The translations under genes were made by a program, and so were the position numbers. This document shows positions 1 to 9,871 of a stretch of DNA of 64,000 nucleotides, in pieces. A model generated the notes under the pieces. That model was not told the DNA's origin, made no database searches, and saw nothing but the letters and a program-made list of their open reading frames with translations. The number at the start of each line of letters is the position of its first letter. Position 1 is the stretch's first letter. Source of the DNA: an uncultured bacterium (GTDB lineage: Bacteria > Planctomycetota > UBA1135 > GCA-002686595); contig CALSNU010000006.1 in assembly GCA_943787795.1 (NCBI GenBank), forward strand, positions 256,001 through 320,000, written 5' to 3'.

Positions 1-65
1 CCCGCCCAGCGTTCTGGCAGCAGAGAGACAAGGTCTGTAGGCGGCTTGTTGAGCTCATCCGACAT
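1..65 (-). CDS. possible 5' end of a gene running off the left edge (MSDELNKPPTDLVSLLPERWA...)
   Basis: ATG at 65-63 preceded by purine-rich AGGGG; frame open to position 1; too short to assign a function. Confidence 0.35.
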   Translation of the reverse strand, partial: MSDELNKPPTDLVSLLPERWA

Positions 66-325
66 GGCCCCTGAATCGTACGCCCTTGATGCCCCGACTT
101 CCCCATGGGTCCCCCGGAGCCGCGACTCCAGGGGATGATTCTGGGCGCCGCGCCCCCAACATTGCCCGCCATCGGATGGCTCTCTTCGGGGGAGCCTTGA
201 TCGCCGCGCCCCCAATCCGGCAAGTTGATGACCTCGCCTGCAAGGGCTGCTCCAGGTGGCCCCTCGCATGAGTGTCCCTGGAGTGAGACCGCCACCAGCA
301 AGGGACCTCGGACCCGAGCCCCACC

Positions 326-922
326 ATGGAACCCGTCCGCATGGATCCAGCCCGCCAAGACAGCAGCCCCCCGGCCGCAACGGAGCCGACCCACTCGTCC
401 TCCATGCGTGGCGTCCCCGCGGGGCTGCTGGTTGGCGCGATTGCCCTCCTGGTCATCCTCGTCTCCCTCCCACGATTCCACGCCCACGCACTGGACGCGA
501 ACCGAGCCGACGCCCGAATCACGCTCGACGTCCTTGGCTCCGAGGCCTTCAGTTCAGACTTGCCCGGAGAACTGGGCCTCGCGGACGGGCCCGGCGCCCT
601 GATTCAGCTGGTGGCGGCCACCCCCTCCCTCGACCACCGATTCCCGGACGCACGACCGTCCGAGGACGCGGGCCAGTTCCTTCATCACGGGTACCGTGTG
701 GATACGGGTTTTGTCCTGGAGGGCATCCAGTCATGGCCAGCCCTGGTGACCTGGCCTGACACCTACACCGAGTCCGGCGACGCGGCCTTCGCACTCACGC
801 GGGACGGCCGCCTGTTCGGGCACACCAATGGCGGCCTCTGGTCCGGCGGCGAGAGCGCGCTGCGGACCGTCGACCTCTCCGACGAGGGCTGGACCCTCCT
901 GCGCCCGGCCCGGGCCGACTGA
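326..922 (+). CDS. membrane-anchored hypothetical protein, DUF2950/pilin-like C-terminal region
   Basis: One hydrophobic N-terminal helix (GLLVGAIALLVILVSLP); HGYR...WPxxY.ESGxxAFxxxxxG pattern; start could be 326, 341 or 404. Confidence 0.6.
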   Translation: MEPVRMDPARQDSSPPAATEPTHSSSMRGVPAGLLVGAIALLVILVSLPRFHAHALDANRADARITLDVLGSEAFSSDLPGELGLADGPGALIQLVAATPSLDHRFPDARPSEDAGQFLHHGYRVDTGFVLEGIQSWPALVTWPDTYTESGDAAFALTRDGRLFGHTNGGLWSGGESALRTVDLSDEGWTLLRPARAD

Positions 923-1030
923 GTCCACCCGAGCTCAGGCCACTCGAGCTCAGTTCACTCGAGCTCAGGCCACTCGAGCTCAGCTCACTCGAGCTGAGTC
1001 CACTCCAGCTGGGTTCACACCAGCTGGGTC
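921..1030. repeat. 15-bp tandem repeat, 7 degenerate copies (consensus about CAGGCCACTCGAGCT)
   Basis: Units read at 921, 936, 951, 966, 981, 996 and 1011; the array begins within the TGA of the 326-922 gene. Confidence 0.9.
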
Positions 1031-1120
1031 CCCGCGACATGAGCCCCTCCCGACGGCGGCGGAGCTCACCGGCCCCCAAGGTCACTCAAGGCTCGACCTG
1101 GTGCGCGAGACCCAGCCAGA

Positions 1121-1246
1121 GGGGCTCAGCGCGCGAGGCTCAGCGCGCGGGGCTCAGCGCGCGGGGCTCAGCGCGCGGGGCTCAGCGCGCGGGGCTCAGC
1201 CCGGGGGGGTCAGTCCGGGGGGCTCAGTCCGGGGGGGCTCAGCGCG
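1121..1246. repeat. 14-bp tandem repeat GGGGCTCAGCGCGC, about 9 copies degenerating rightwards
   Basis: Read directly; the last copy contains the stop codon of the 1239-4490 gene. Confidence 0.9.
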
Positions 1247-4200
1247 GAGCCCTGGTTTCCAGGTGGTCGACGAACTCGTTGAAGCCGCGGGCACGGAGCC
1301 CCACATATAGACCCTCAAGCCGACGCTGCGGCGCACCCAGGGCCCAACAACCACCGGTCAAGCACGTGGTGTCGGCCTGGTCCTGACGCTGCAGGAGCGA
1401 GGCCGCGTCCTTCAAGACCTGGTCGGGATCCATGGGGCCCGCGTAGACGCAGGTCAGGTCCCCCTCCGCATCGAGCAGAAAGCCGAGCGGCAGCGGCATC
1501 TGCTCGAAGGGGGCCATCGTCCTGCCCAGGATGAGGTCCAACAGCAGCCGCTCTGTCTTCCCAGCTCTCCCGGACCGTTCGCCGAGACCGAGAGCCACCG
1601 ACGCCGCTCGTGCCGCGTCCGTTGCTCGAACGCCATCCAGCGCGAGCGCGAAGACCGGCAGGCCAGCCTTCTGGAGCGAGGCGAGGTAATGCTGCGACGC
1701 GGGAACCGCGCTGGACCAGAAGACCAGGAACAGCCCTCTGTCTCTGCAGAGCTCGTCCGCCCGTCGAGTCGGCCCTTCGAACGACGGTAGCCTCCACGCG
1801 CCCAAAGGGAACTCGGCGTGCATCGGCACCCGAGTCCTCGGCGGGCCAGCTGCACCGCCTCGAATCACCGGCGCCACCGGCGACGTCAGCGCGGGCAGGG
1901 AGCTCCCCTGTCGATACCGCCTCTTGACCACTCCCGCCCCCCTCTCGAGGCGCCACGAGGACCCGGCCAGCGGCTCCCCCGCCGCCGACTTGAAGGTCTC
2001 TTCGACACCATCGGGCCACTGCACGGCGACCTCCGAGGCGGCGGGCGGGATCTCGCCCTCACCAAGGCCGAAGAAGGCCTCGGGCGGCGAAGAGCCAAGG
2101 AAGCCGTCCCCCGCCACGATGCGGCAGCTGCGGGGAACTCCGCCAACCACCAGCGACACCAGCGCACCGATCCCGTCGCGATTCAGCCCCGATTGCTGGA
2201 GCCTGAACGAGACCGAGCTGCCCTCTGAAGCCCGCCCCTGGAAGACCCGCAGAATGGGCGCGGTTCGGTTTCGGAAGACGAGGTCGAGACGACCGTCGTG
2301 ATCCAGATCACCGACCGCCAGTGACCGCCCGTCATCCGGCATGCCCAGGCCACTGGCGAGCGAGACGTCCTCGAAGCGAAGCCCACCTCGATTCAAGTAG
2401 GCGAAGGTGCGCTCCCGCGCGTTCCAGTCCTGCCTGCCGAACTGAGAGAGCTGCGAGATCACGGACCACGCGCCGAGGTACGCGTCCAGACGTGCGGGGT
2501 CGGGGTCGCCGGCGAGCGGAGTCGACCCCACGACACGGCGCCAGAAGAAGCTCTGCAGATCCGGTCCCCGCCGGCCGCTCAAGAATCCGTTGGGCACGAC
2601 GATGTCGGGCAGCCCGTCTCGATTCCAATCCACGAAGCGCGATCCCCAGGCCCACCCGCCCGGCGCCGCCCCGGTCATCATCGTGAGGTCCTGGAACTGA
2701 CCACCACCCAGCCCACGGAAGATCGAGTTCCCCCTGGCATGCCGAACGAACTCCTCCCGCACCTCGACGGACGTCCCGGGAAGGAATCGAGGGTCGCGGG
2801 TCACCCGGCCGCCGGCCGCCGAGAACATGTTGCTCACGATGAGGTCCCGGATCCCGTCCAGGTCCGCGTCCGCGAGGCTCAGGCCCATGCCGGCCGCCTT
2901 GTCCGTGAGCGGCCCATCCGGCGCGGGTTGAAAGCGACCGCCCTCCGCGAGGTACAGGTTGTTGCGGCCGAAGTCGTTCGCCACGTAGAGGTCCAGGTCG
3001 CCATCTCCGTCGACGTCGTCGAAGACCGAGACCATGCTGAACCGGTCATTATCGACATCGAGCCCGACCGCCCGGTTATCGGAGCGGAAGCCTCGCCGCT
3101 GCGCCGCCTCCGGGTCCGCCGTCAGGTTGCGCCAGAACACGTTGGGCGCACCATTCACCGCGTCGTGGTACGGGGTTGGCGCGGCCGGCCCCTCGCCACC
3201 CGCGCGGAAGTAGCGCGTGTCATAGAGGTCGAGGTCTCCATCGGCGTCGACGTCAGCCGCCGAGATTGAATACACCCGCGCGGCCCCCCCATTGGAGAGG
3301 GCGCTCCGCTCGGTGAAGCGGCCCGCCCCGTCATTCCACGCCACCACCACGTCGGGACCGAGTCCGAGCACCACGTCACGCGAGCCGTCCCCGTCGAGAT
3401 CCGCGATCAGGACCCCGCCAGTCCCCTCGAGCCAATCCAAGCCGCGCCCGGCGCCTTCCTCGCTGAAGGCGCCGCCAGTATTCATCCAGACCAGGTTCGG
3501 CTGGCCCGCAGCCCTCGCCACCACAACGTCATCCCAACCGTCCCCGTCGAGGTCGCCCACCGCGACGCCGTGCATGGCCGTCAAGATGTCGCCGATCGGT
3601 GCGAGGGAGTCTGTTCGTCCGGCGGCTTGAAGCGCGCCGAGGCCCAGACTCCTCGGGTCGTCCACCTCGCGGGTTGCTGCCCCGGCCAGGACGGTGCCGG
3701 TCACGTCGCGAAAGGGAGGATCGAGGGTCGATCGGCTCGTGCGCTCAACCGTGATGGAGGAGATTCTTGCGCGCTTCCCGAGCTGCCAGGTCACATCCAT
3801 GAAGACGTCCCGCTGCTCCCGCGCCCCTGCCGATCCCTCGTCAGGATCGGTTCCCGTGCGCAGATGCACCCGCGTTCGCCCGATCGGATCCGCTCCCGCC
3901 TCGGGCCGCGGCGCGACCACGTCGGTCACGGTCGCCTCGACCACCAGGTCCCCGGCGGCTCCTGGGATCAGCAGGCGCCCTTGGATCCAATCCAGCAGCG
4001 CCCCCCCGTCCAGCGGCGCCACGCCACCGTCTGACGAGGGGATCGTCCCTGAGAGATCACGCGTCACCAACCTTCGCAGTGCGGCGGAGTCGCCGCCCCG
4101 GGCCAGGTGACCAGCGACGTCCTTGAGCAGCCGCTCCGCCGAGCTCGCGAGGAGTTCACCCGGCCAGGGGTCGGCCTGCAGGCCGGGGTTGATGGCCGAC

Positions 4201-4490
4201 GCAATCTGGTCGAAGTCGCCCCTCCGGGCCGGCCCCTGGGCCCGGATGATCTGAGGATCGCCGACGCCCGCCGCGGGCCCCTGCCCGGGCCCCCGATCGG
4301 GCTCCTGGCCGGACTCCTGGCCGGGCGACTGGGCCGTGCCAAGCGCCAGCCGCCCGGCGCCCTCGGACGAGGCACCGCTCGAACTCCCCGTCGCCCCGCC
4401 GCTCGCAGAGGTTGCCGGAGGACCCTCATCGGCGCATGAGCCAGCGAGGCAGAGGAGGGCCAGGGAGGCGCCTATGCGGTGCAACAACAT
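1239..4490 (-). CDS. CRTAC1-family / ASPIC-UnbV lipoprotein with FG-GAP repeats and C-terminal thioredoxin-like region
   Basis: Lipobox LAGSC; multiple DxDGDGxxD repeats (GDLDGDGWDD, ADLDGDGSRD, DVDADGDLDLY, DVDGDGDLDLYVANDFG); NRDGIGA..V and V.WPDG ASPIC motifs. Confidence 0.85.
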   Translation of the reverse strand: MLLHRIGASLALLCLAGSCADEGPPATSASGGATGSSSGASSEGAGRLALGTAQSPGQESGQEPDRGPGQGPAAGVGDPQIIRAQGPARRGDFDQIASAINPGLQADPWPGELLASSAERLLKDVAGHLARGGDSAALRRLVTRDLSGTIPSSDGGVAPLDGGALLDWIQGRLLIPGAAGDLVVEATVTDVVAPRPEAGADPIGRTRVHLRTGTDPDEGSAGAREQRDVFMDVTWQLGKRARISSITVERTSRSTLDPPFRDVTGTVLAGAATREVDDPRSLGLGALQAAGRTDSLAPIGDILTAMHGVAVGDLDGDGWDDVVVARAAGQPNLVWMNTGGAFSEEGAGRGLDWLEGTGGVLIADLDGDGSRDVVLGLGPDVVVAWNDGAGRFTERSALSNGGAARVYSISAADVDADGDLDLYDTRYFRAGGEGPAAPTPYHDAVNGAPNVFWRNLTADPEAAQRRGFRSDNRAVGLDVDNDRFSMVSVFDDVDGDGDLDLYVANDFGRNNLYLAEGGRFQPAPDGPLTDKAAGMGLSLADADLDGIRDLIVSNMFSAAGGRVTRDPRFLPGTSVEVREEFVRHARGNSIFRGLGGGQFQDLTMMTGAAPGGWAWGSRFVDWNRDGLPDIVVPNGFLSGRRGPDLQSFFWRRVVGSTPLAGDPDPARLDAYLGAWSVISQLSQFGRQDWNARERTFAYLNRGGLRFEDVSLASGLGMPDDGRSLAVGDLDHDGRLDLVFRNRTAPILRVFQGRASEGSSVSFRLQQSGLNRDGIGALVSLVVGGVPRSCRIVAGDGFLGSSPPEAFFGLGEGEIPPAASEVAVQWPDGVEETFKSAAGEPLAGSSWRLERGAGVVKRRYRQGSSLPALTSPVAPVIRGGAAGPPRTRVPMHAEFPLGAWRLPSFEGPTRRADELCRDRGLFLVFWSSAVPASQHYLASLQKAGLPVFALALDGVRATDAARAASVALGLGERSGRAGKTERLLLDLILGRTMAPFEQMPLPLGFLLDAEGDLTCVYAGPMDPDQVLKDAASLLQRQDQADTTCLTGGCWALGAPQRRLEGLYVGLRARGFNEFVDHLETRAPR

Positions 4491-4549
4491 CCCCCGGAGT
4501 CTAGCGCGCCAGACCGCCAGACCCAGGCACCAGACCGCATCGGCGGGAC

Positions 4550-6322
4550 TCAGGCGATCGAGGGACCGAACCAGATCCAGAGCAGGCAGTGGAGACCGGT
4601 CCGCAGCACCCGGTCGGACTCGGAGCGGTAGACCCGCTTCATGACCGGGAGCAAGACCTCTGCGTGACCCATTCGCACGGCCCGATCGGAGGCGTAGAGC
4701 CGCTCATACGGCGACCGTGAAGGATCGTCCAGCACGTCGACCAGCGCCTCAAGCGACTCCAATTCCATGTCCTGCCAGATGAAGGAGATCAGGTCGAGAC
4801 GCTTCATCGCGTCCTCCTCCACCAGGAGCCGGTCCCGCAGGACCTCACGGGACGCTGACCCCGCGTTGAACGCCTGACCCACGCACCATCGGAACCCGGA
4901 GACCCCCCGGATGGGGTTCTCGCCCACAAGGTCCCCCGCGCGCAGGAGAAACTCGCCGCTCTCCCTGCCGGGAATGGCGCCCATCGCTTGAAGGGCCGAC
5001 GTCAAGATCTCGCCCCTGCGGGCGCCAGCCAGCTCCGCCTCGTACACGGCGGCCACGAGGTTGCGGGCCTGGTCATTGGCGGCCGTCCAGCCGTCCATCT
5101 GGTCCCGCATGGCGCGCATACCCAGCCCGCGGTCCACGACGGTGCCCCCGAGGAGCCCCATCAGGAACGCGCGCCCTTCCTCGTCGCGCCGGGCCAGCAG
5201 CCCCTTGAGGGCCACTTCACGGACCTTGGCCTCCTCATCCATGAGGGCGCGCTGGGCCCACTGCACCACGTCCGCCAGCTGGTCCAGGGAGCGCTCCGCC
5301 GCGAACTCCGCGTCGAAGTCCAGAATGCGCTCCAGGGTCTGGGAACGCTCACCGCCATCCACGGAGGTCGCGGCGAGGACGTAGGTGTCGTCGACCAAGC
5401 CAGCCCGCAGAAGGGCCTCGGAGGCGTGATGCCTCGGCATTCGCTGGTCGTGGGCGAGCAGGTCCATCAAGCGCTGTCGCGAGTCTCCGAGCCCAAGCCT
5501 CGCCGCCGGCGCGATGAGATACGCCTCATGCCGAAGCAGGAGGCCGTCCGTCTCCTCGGTGAGCCCCAGGAGCATCGCGGCGACCCCGGGATCCTCGACG
5601 GCGGCCACCAGAGGCGCAGCGGCATCGATCACCGTGGACTCGATGTAGTCGCCCACCCGCTCCGCCCGTGCCACCCACTCCGGGAGCGCCGAGGCGAGGC
5701 GATTCACGTCACAGGCCGCCATGGCGGAGAGCACGCGCTGCACGTGCACCTCCAAACGGAACCCCGACAAGGAAGCGGCGAGCGGGTCGAACAGCTCCGG
5801 AGCGGGGTGCTTCAGGAGCACCAGGACGGCGTCGCCGCGCTGGGACTCCTTGGAGCTACGCAGGGCCTCCAGAGCGATCGGTACGCCCCAGTCATCCTCC
5901 GCGAGCGCGCAGACCGCGAGGACGTTCCGCGCCACGCCCTCGCGCCACTGATCCTTGGTTGCTGATTGGAACAGTCGCCTGAGCGGTTCCGCCGCCTCGT
6001 CCCCAAGGCTCGCCAGGACCGCCGTGGCGCGACGCTTTGGCTCCAGGAGTCCGGTATCGAGCTTCGAGGTCAGCACCTCAGGCAGATCGCTGGTGTCGGC
6101 CTCGAAGGGGGCACCAAAGGCGCACTCCGCGAGGAGCGGGGCGATGCGCTCGTCGGCCTCGTATTGGGCCTCGACGCTCCACCCGCTGTCCTCCGTCGGT
6201 CGCTCCGAGCCCCTCCAGGCGAAGAACGCGATGACCCCGACCAGGACCAGCGCTGCGATCACACCGACCCGCCCTGAGGACCCCGGCCTCTGCAGGCGCG
6301 CGCTATCGGCCCTGGGATTCAT
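4550..6322 (-). CDS. membrane-anchored HEAT/ARM-repeat-like hypothetical protein
   Basis: N-terminal TM helix (VGVIAALVLVGVIAFFAW); helical repeats (KRRATAVLASLG, VREVALKGL); start re-picked to ATG 6322, overlapping the end of the TolC gene. Confidence 0.65.
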   Translation of the reverse strand: MNPRADSARLQRPGSSGRVGVIAALVLVGVIAFFAWRGSERPTEDSGWSVEAQYEADERIAPLLAECAFGAPFEADTSDLPEVLTSKLDTGLLEPKRRATAVLASLGDEAAEPLRRLFQSATKDQWREGVARNVLAVCALAEDDWGVPIALEALRSSKESQRGDAVLVLLKHPAPELFDPLAASLSGFRLEVHVQRVLSAMAACDVNRLASALPEWVARAERVGDYIESTVIDAAAPLVAAVEDPGVAAMLLGLTEETDGLLLRHEAYLIAPAARLGLGDSRQRLMDLLAHDQRMPRHHASEALLRAGLVDDTYVLAATSVDGGERSQTLERILDFDAEFAAERSLDQLADVVQWAQRALMDEEAKVREVALKGLLARRDEEGRAFLMGLLGGTVVDRGLGMRAMRDQMDGWTAANDQARNLVAAVYEAELAGARRGEILTSALQAMGAIPGRESGEFLLRAGDLVGENPIRGVSGFRWCVGQAFNAGSASREVLRDRLLVEEDAMKRLDLISFIWQDMELESLEALVDVLDDPSRSPYERLYASDRAVRMGHAEVLLPVMKRVYRSESDRVLRTGLHCLLWIWFGPSIA

Positions 6323-7949
6323 CGCCCGCAAGCTCCTGGCGCAGGATGTCCGTCTCTTCACCGAGCGTGCCGCGCGCACGATCGAACGCCACCAGGCTCT
6401 TGGCGTACTCCGCGCGCGCCGCGCTACGGTTCGACGCCGCCTCGATCAGCGTCTGCTGGAATTGGAGAACCTCGAAGGTCGTCGTGAGGTCGGCCTCGAA
6501 GCGCTGCTGCTCGGCCTCCAGCTGTCGCTTGGCAAGCTCGAAGCTCTGCTCCGAGGCCCGCACCGCCTGAGCCCGATAGCGAACATCCCGGAGGGTTCGA
6601 CGGATCTCGGCCAGCGCGTTCACCTCGGCTTCTTCGAGGGTGATCTGGCTCCCGCGGACCCGCTCTCGGGCCGCCCGCTCCGCGTTGGACGCTGTGCGGT
6701 TCTGCAACGGCATGTTGTAGTCCAGCCGCGCGGCGTACCGCGGGAAGTCGAACTCCAAAGTCTCGCTGAGGGCATCCGTGAAATCAGCGTTGAAGGAGCC
6801 TGAGGAGGCGTCCAATCGCAGGTCAAGACCGTAGAGCCGCTCCGACTCTGCCCGGGTGAGCCGGATCCGAGCAGCGTCGACGTCCAGCCTGGAGGTCCGG
6901 AGGTCCGGGCGCTTGCCGAGGGCCACCTGAAACGCGTCCTGCCAGTCCGGCAAGGCCAGATCCTCAGGCGCAGCCACGGGCAATGGGGTCGTGGCCTGAA
7001 TCCGCTCGCCCCAGAGCGAGGATGCCTCGTCCCGCACGATCAGGCGCTTCAGGTCATCGCCCCTCTGGGCGAGGTTGTTCTGGGTCTGCAGCAAGGTCTC
7101 TGTCCGGGTTGCGACTTCGGTCTGAGCCTGAAGCACATCAACCTCCGTGCCATCGCCCGCCCTGAGCCGCGCTTCCTCCCGCTGAATCTGCTCCTCTCCG
7201 AGCTTCAGGGCAGCCTCCGCCACCTCGAGCTGCTGGCCCGCGGCCACGAGCTCCCAATAGGCCACCTCCACGTCGTGGATCAAGCTCTGCCGGGCCTGAC
7301 GGCGCTCCTCGACTCTCCGGCGCTCCGTGAGTTCGGCTTCCCTCTGGTTGGAGGTCGCGTACTCCTCCCCGGCACCGCGCATCAGGGGCTGGACGTACGA
7401 GACGGCCAGGTTGCTGCTGTACAGCTCCGGAGCGTTGGCGAACGAGTTGTCGGTGACGTTCAAGCCCGAATCGAAGTGGAATCCAAAGCTCCCGCCGGTC
7501 CCAAGGGGGCGGCTGAGGTCCAGGTTCAACCGGGAGTCCTGGCTGGACACCACGTCGCCGCCGAACAGCGACGAGCTACCCACCGAGTCGGAGTCCGCAA
7601 ACTGACCGTTCGCGTCAAAGACCCAGTCGAAGGCTCCCCACGTCGAGAGAGCTTCGAAGCGCGCCACCTCGGCCTCCACCTCGGCTCGCTCCAGGCCGAG
7701 GTTGTCCGTGAGTCCAAGGCCGAGGGCCTCCTCCAGGGAGATCGACCGCTCATAGTCGCCGTCGAGGTCGCCAACCGCCCGCTGGCTCGAGAGGCTCGGG
7801 GGCGCGGCTTCTTCAACCGACGCCTGCTCCGCGTTGGGGTCGTCGGGATCGGCGGGGTCGAGAGGGACCTGCGGCGCCGAGATCGCAGGCGCAGCTCCCA
7901 GCAAGATCGCGGCCACCTGGCCCAGTCGTCGTTGGCTCGTTCGCATCAT
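6303..7949 (-). CDS. TolC-family outer membrane efflux protein
   Basis: Signal peptide; two OEP-like halves (SLEEALGLGLTDN, VEVAYWELV, EVDVLQAQ, RPDLR, EQQRF...TFEVLQFQ). Confidence 0.88.
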   Translation of the reverse strand: MMRTSQRRLGQVAAILLGAAPAISAPQVPLDPADPDDPNAEQASVEEAAPPSLSSQRAVGDLDGDYERSISLEEALGLGLTDNLGLERAEVEAEVARFEALSTWGAFDWVFDANGQFADSDSVGSSSLFGGDVVSSQDSRLNLDLSRPLGTGGSFGFHFDSGLNVTDNSFANAPELYSSNLAVSYVQPLMRGAGEEYATSNQREAELTERRRVEERRQARQSLIHDVEVAYWELVAAGQQLEVAEAALKLGEEQIQREEARLRAGDGTEVDVLQAQTEVATRTETLLQTQNNLAQRGDDLKRLIVRDEASSLWGERIQATTPLPVAAPEDLALPDWQDAFQVALGKRPDLRTSRLDVDAARIRLTRAESERLYGLDLRLDASSGSFNADFTDALSETLEFDFPRYAARLDYNMPLQNRTASNAERAARERVRGSQITLEEAEVNALAEIRRTLRDVRYRAQAVRASEQSFELAKRQLEAEQQRFEADLTTTFEVLQFQQTLIEAASNRSAARAEYAKSLVAFDRARGTLGEETDILRQELAGDESQGR

Positions 7950-8018
7950 CTGCGCACACGATAAGCGCTGGGGGCCACGAGGCGTCAGGCCAGCGGGCAG
8001 TTCACACCAGGCAAACGC

Positions 8019-9227
8019 CTACAGTTCCTGAACGACCTGGTTCCAGCGTCGAACGAAGGCATCCCCGGGGGCGACCCCAAGGGCCTCCTCCGCGATCATT
8101 CGAAGCCAGTCGTCTGCCCTCAGCTGCGGCAGGCGCGCGTCCGGGGCTGGCGCCGCGAGCCCCAGCTCGAAGGCCCGCCGGAGGGTCCTTGAGGCCAAGA
8201 GGGCCAGGGGCCCTGGAGGCGCGCTGTCCACCGCCGCCTTTGCCACCACCAGCGTCTCTCCCACCTGCTCGAGCGCATCTTCAAGCCCGCTCCACGCTCC
8301 ACCCTGCTGAACCTCGTCCAGCAGCCACTCCGCACGGAGGATGGAGACAATGAGCGTTTCAATGCCCTCGAGGCCCTCGCTTCCCTGGTCGGTGGCCGCC
8401 GAGTCAAGCCCGGTGAACCTCAGCAACGCCGCGCCTGTTGGTGTCGAAGGCGCGGGCACATCTGCCTCCAACGCGGCCTTGACCTGTCCGAGTCGAGCCC
8501 GAGCGCCTTCGAAGTCTGCGTCGGCCTGCAGCCAGGCCTCGGCGTCATCCAGGTCCCACCAGTTGGAGCCGCCCACCACGACGAGAGGCTCCTCCTCCGC
8601 GGGGAACTCCTCATCCAGGGCCACCTCGGGTGCCGGATCGAGGGTGAAGCGCACGCCGCCCGGACCCGGCTCGGCGAGCAGGTGCCACGCCACGATGGGG
8701 ACGATGGTCACCTGGACCACCAGCGCCGCGACAGCGACCCGCAACAGCACCGAGTCGCGCAGGCGGTCCGCGCAGAACTCGAGCAGCACTCCCAGGTCAC
8801 CGCGGCGACGCAGATCCTCTCGCGTCGTCCTGGAGAGGACCCTCCGAACCACACGGCGAGCCTGTAGCTCTGAGCCCAGGGGCTGCCCCTGCCTCAGAGC
8901 ATCAGCGCACAGCGCCTTCAGCCCCTCCAACTCGGAGACCTCTTCGAGCTCTCGCGGGTCAACGAATCCGTCCAGGTCCGCGGCCCGCCCCGAACCGGAA
9001 CCACCGGCCTCGGAACCGCCGGCCTCGGAGCCCGACGCGCCTGCCATTGACGAGCCTGCCATTGACGAGCCTGTCATCGACGCGCCTGTCATCGACGCGC
9101 CCTTCCCTGACGCCGCAACGTCCGACCGCTCCCCCTCGAGGCCAGCTCCCCGCCCCTGGCCAAAGGCCCGGTCGATCGCGCGCTCCGTGGCCTCGGATTC
9201 TAGGCCCCTCTGATCTCCAGCGCTCAT
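8019..9227 (-). CDS. putative membrane-bound anti-sigma factor / hypothetical protein
   Basis: ATGA-coupled directly downstream of an ECF sigma; single central TM helix (LLRVAVAALVVQVTIVPIVAW). Confidence 0.55.
   Translation of the reverse strand: MSAGDQRGLESEATERAIDRAFGQGRGAGLEGERSDVAASGKGASMTGASMTGSSMAGSSMAGASGSEAGGSEAGGSGSGRAADLDGFVDPRELEEVSELEGLKALCADALRQGQPLGSELQARRVVRRVLSRTTREDLRRRGDLGVLLEFCADRLRDSVLLRVAVAALVVQVTIVPIVAWHLLAEPGPGGVRFTLDPAPEVALDEEFPAEEEPLVVVGGSNWWDLDDAEAWLQADADFEGARARLGQVKAALEADVPAPSTPTGAALLRFTGLDSAATDQGSEGLEGIETLIVSILRAEWLLDEVQQGGAWSGLEDALEQVGETLVVAKAAVDSAPPGPLALLASRTLRRAFELGLAAPAPDARLPQLRADDWLRMIAEEALGVAPGDAFVRRWNQVVQEL
9034..9101. repeat. in-frame 15-bp tandem repeat, 4.5 copies, encoding G(A/S)SM(T/A)
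   Basis: GACG(C/A)GCCTG(C/T)CAT(T/C) units at 9034, 9049, 9064 and 9079. Confidence 0.9.
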
Positions 9228-9871
9228 GCCTGCATCCCTCCGCTTGCGGAGCCACCGCGGGCGCGCAGGGCCTCCTCGACCCGCTCGCGCTCCTCGAGCG
9301 CCTCACGTACCCGGGCCACAGCGCTGTGCATTCTGGACTTCACCGTTCCAAGCGGGATCTCAAGCGCCTCGGCGATCGCCTGGTACGGGAGCTCCTCGAC
9401 CACAGCCAGGTCAAAGACCGCCCGGTGCCCCTCAGACAGCGACGCCACGGCGTCACGCACCACCTGGGCGCTCTCTCGCTGGAGCATCCCCTCGTCAGGC
9501 GCAGCGGGTCGACGATCCAGACGATGATCGGTGTGGACCTGGGCATCCGCGAGGTCTCCCGCAGGACCAGGCCCAGCGCCCCGCGTACGGCGCAGCCGAT
9601 CAATCCACACGTTCCTGGCCACGCGGAATGCGTAGCCAGAGAACTGCCCACGCACGTCATAGGACGTGGCGGCGGAGCTGGCGGCGGAGCGGAACAACTT
9701 GAGGAAGGTCTCCTGTGCGAGATCCTCGGCCTCGGCGCGCGAGGCGCCCAGGCGGACAAAGTAGGAAAGGAACGTGCGGGTTTCGGATCGAACGAAGTCC
9801 TCGAACGGGGCAGGCCTCCCGGCCCGAAGCGCCGCGAGGGGGTCCTGCGTGCCGTCCCAGGAGTCCTTCAC
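9224..9871 (-). CDS. ECF-type RNA polymerase sigma-70 factor
   Basis: Region 2 EAEDLAQETFLKL, ARNVWIDRLRR; region 4 LPYQAIAEALEIPLGTVKSRMHSA. Confidence 0.93.
   Translation of the reverse strand: MKDSWDGTQDPLAALRAGRPAPFEDFVRSETRTFLSYFVRLGASRAEAEDLAQETFLKLFRSAASSAATSYDVRGQFSGYAFRVARNVWIDRLRRTRGAGPGPAGDLADAQVHTDHRLDRRPAAPDEGMLQRESAQVVRDAVASLSEGHRAVFDLAVVEELPYQAIAEALEIPLGTVKSRMHSAVARVREALEERERVEEALRARGGSASGGMQA

Noticed and set aside
1..325. Structured ncRNA (6S, tmRNA or tRNA) at the left edge
   Set aside because: No tRNA arms or recognisable conserved motifs; better explained as a gene start plus divergent spacer
921..1246. Possible CRISPR array
   Set aside because: Repeats are 14-15 bp, head-to-tail, with no unique spacers; no cas genes in the window
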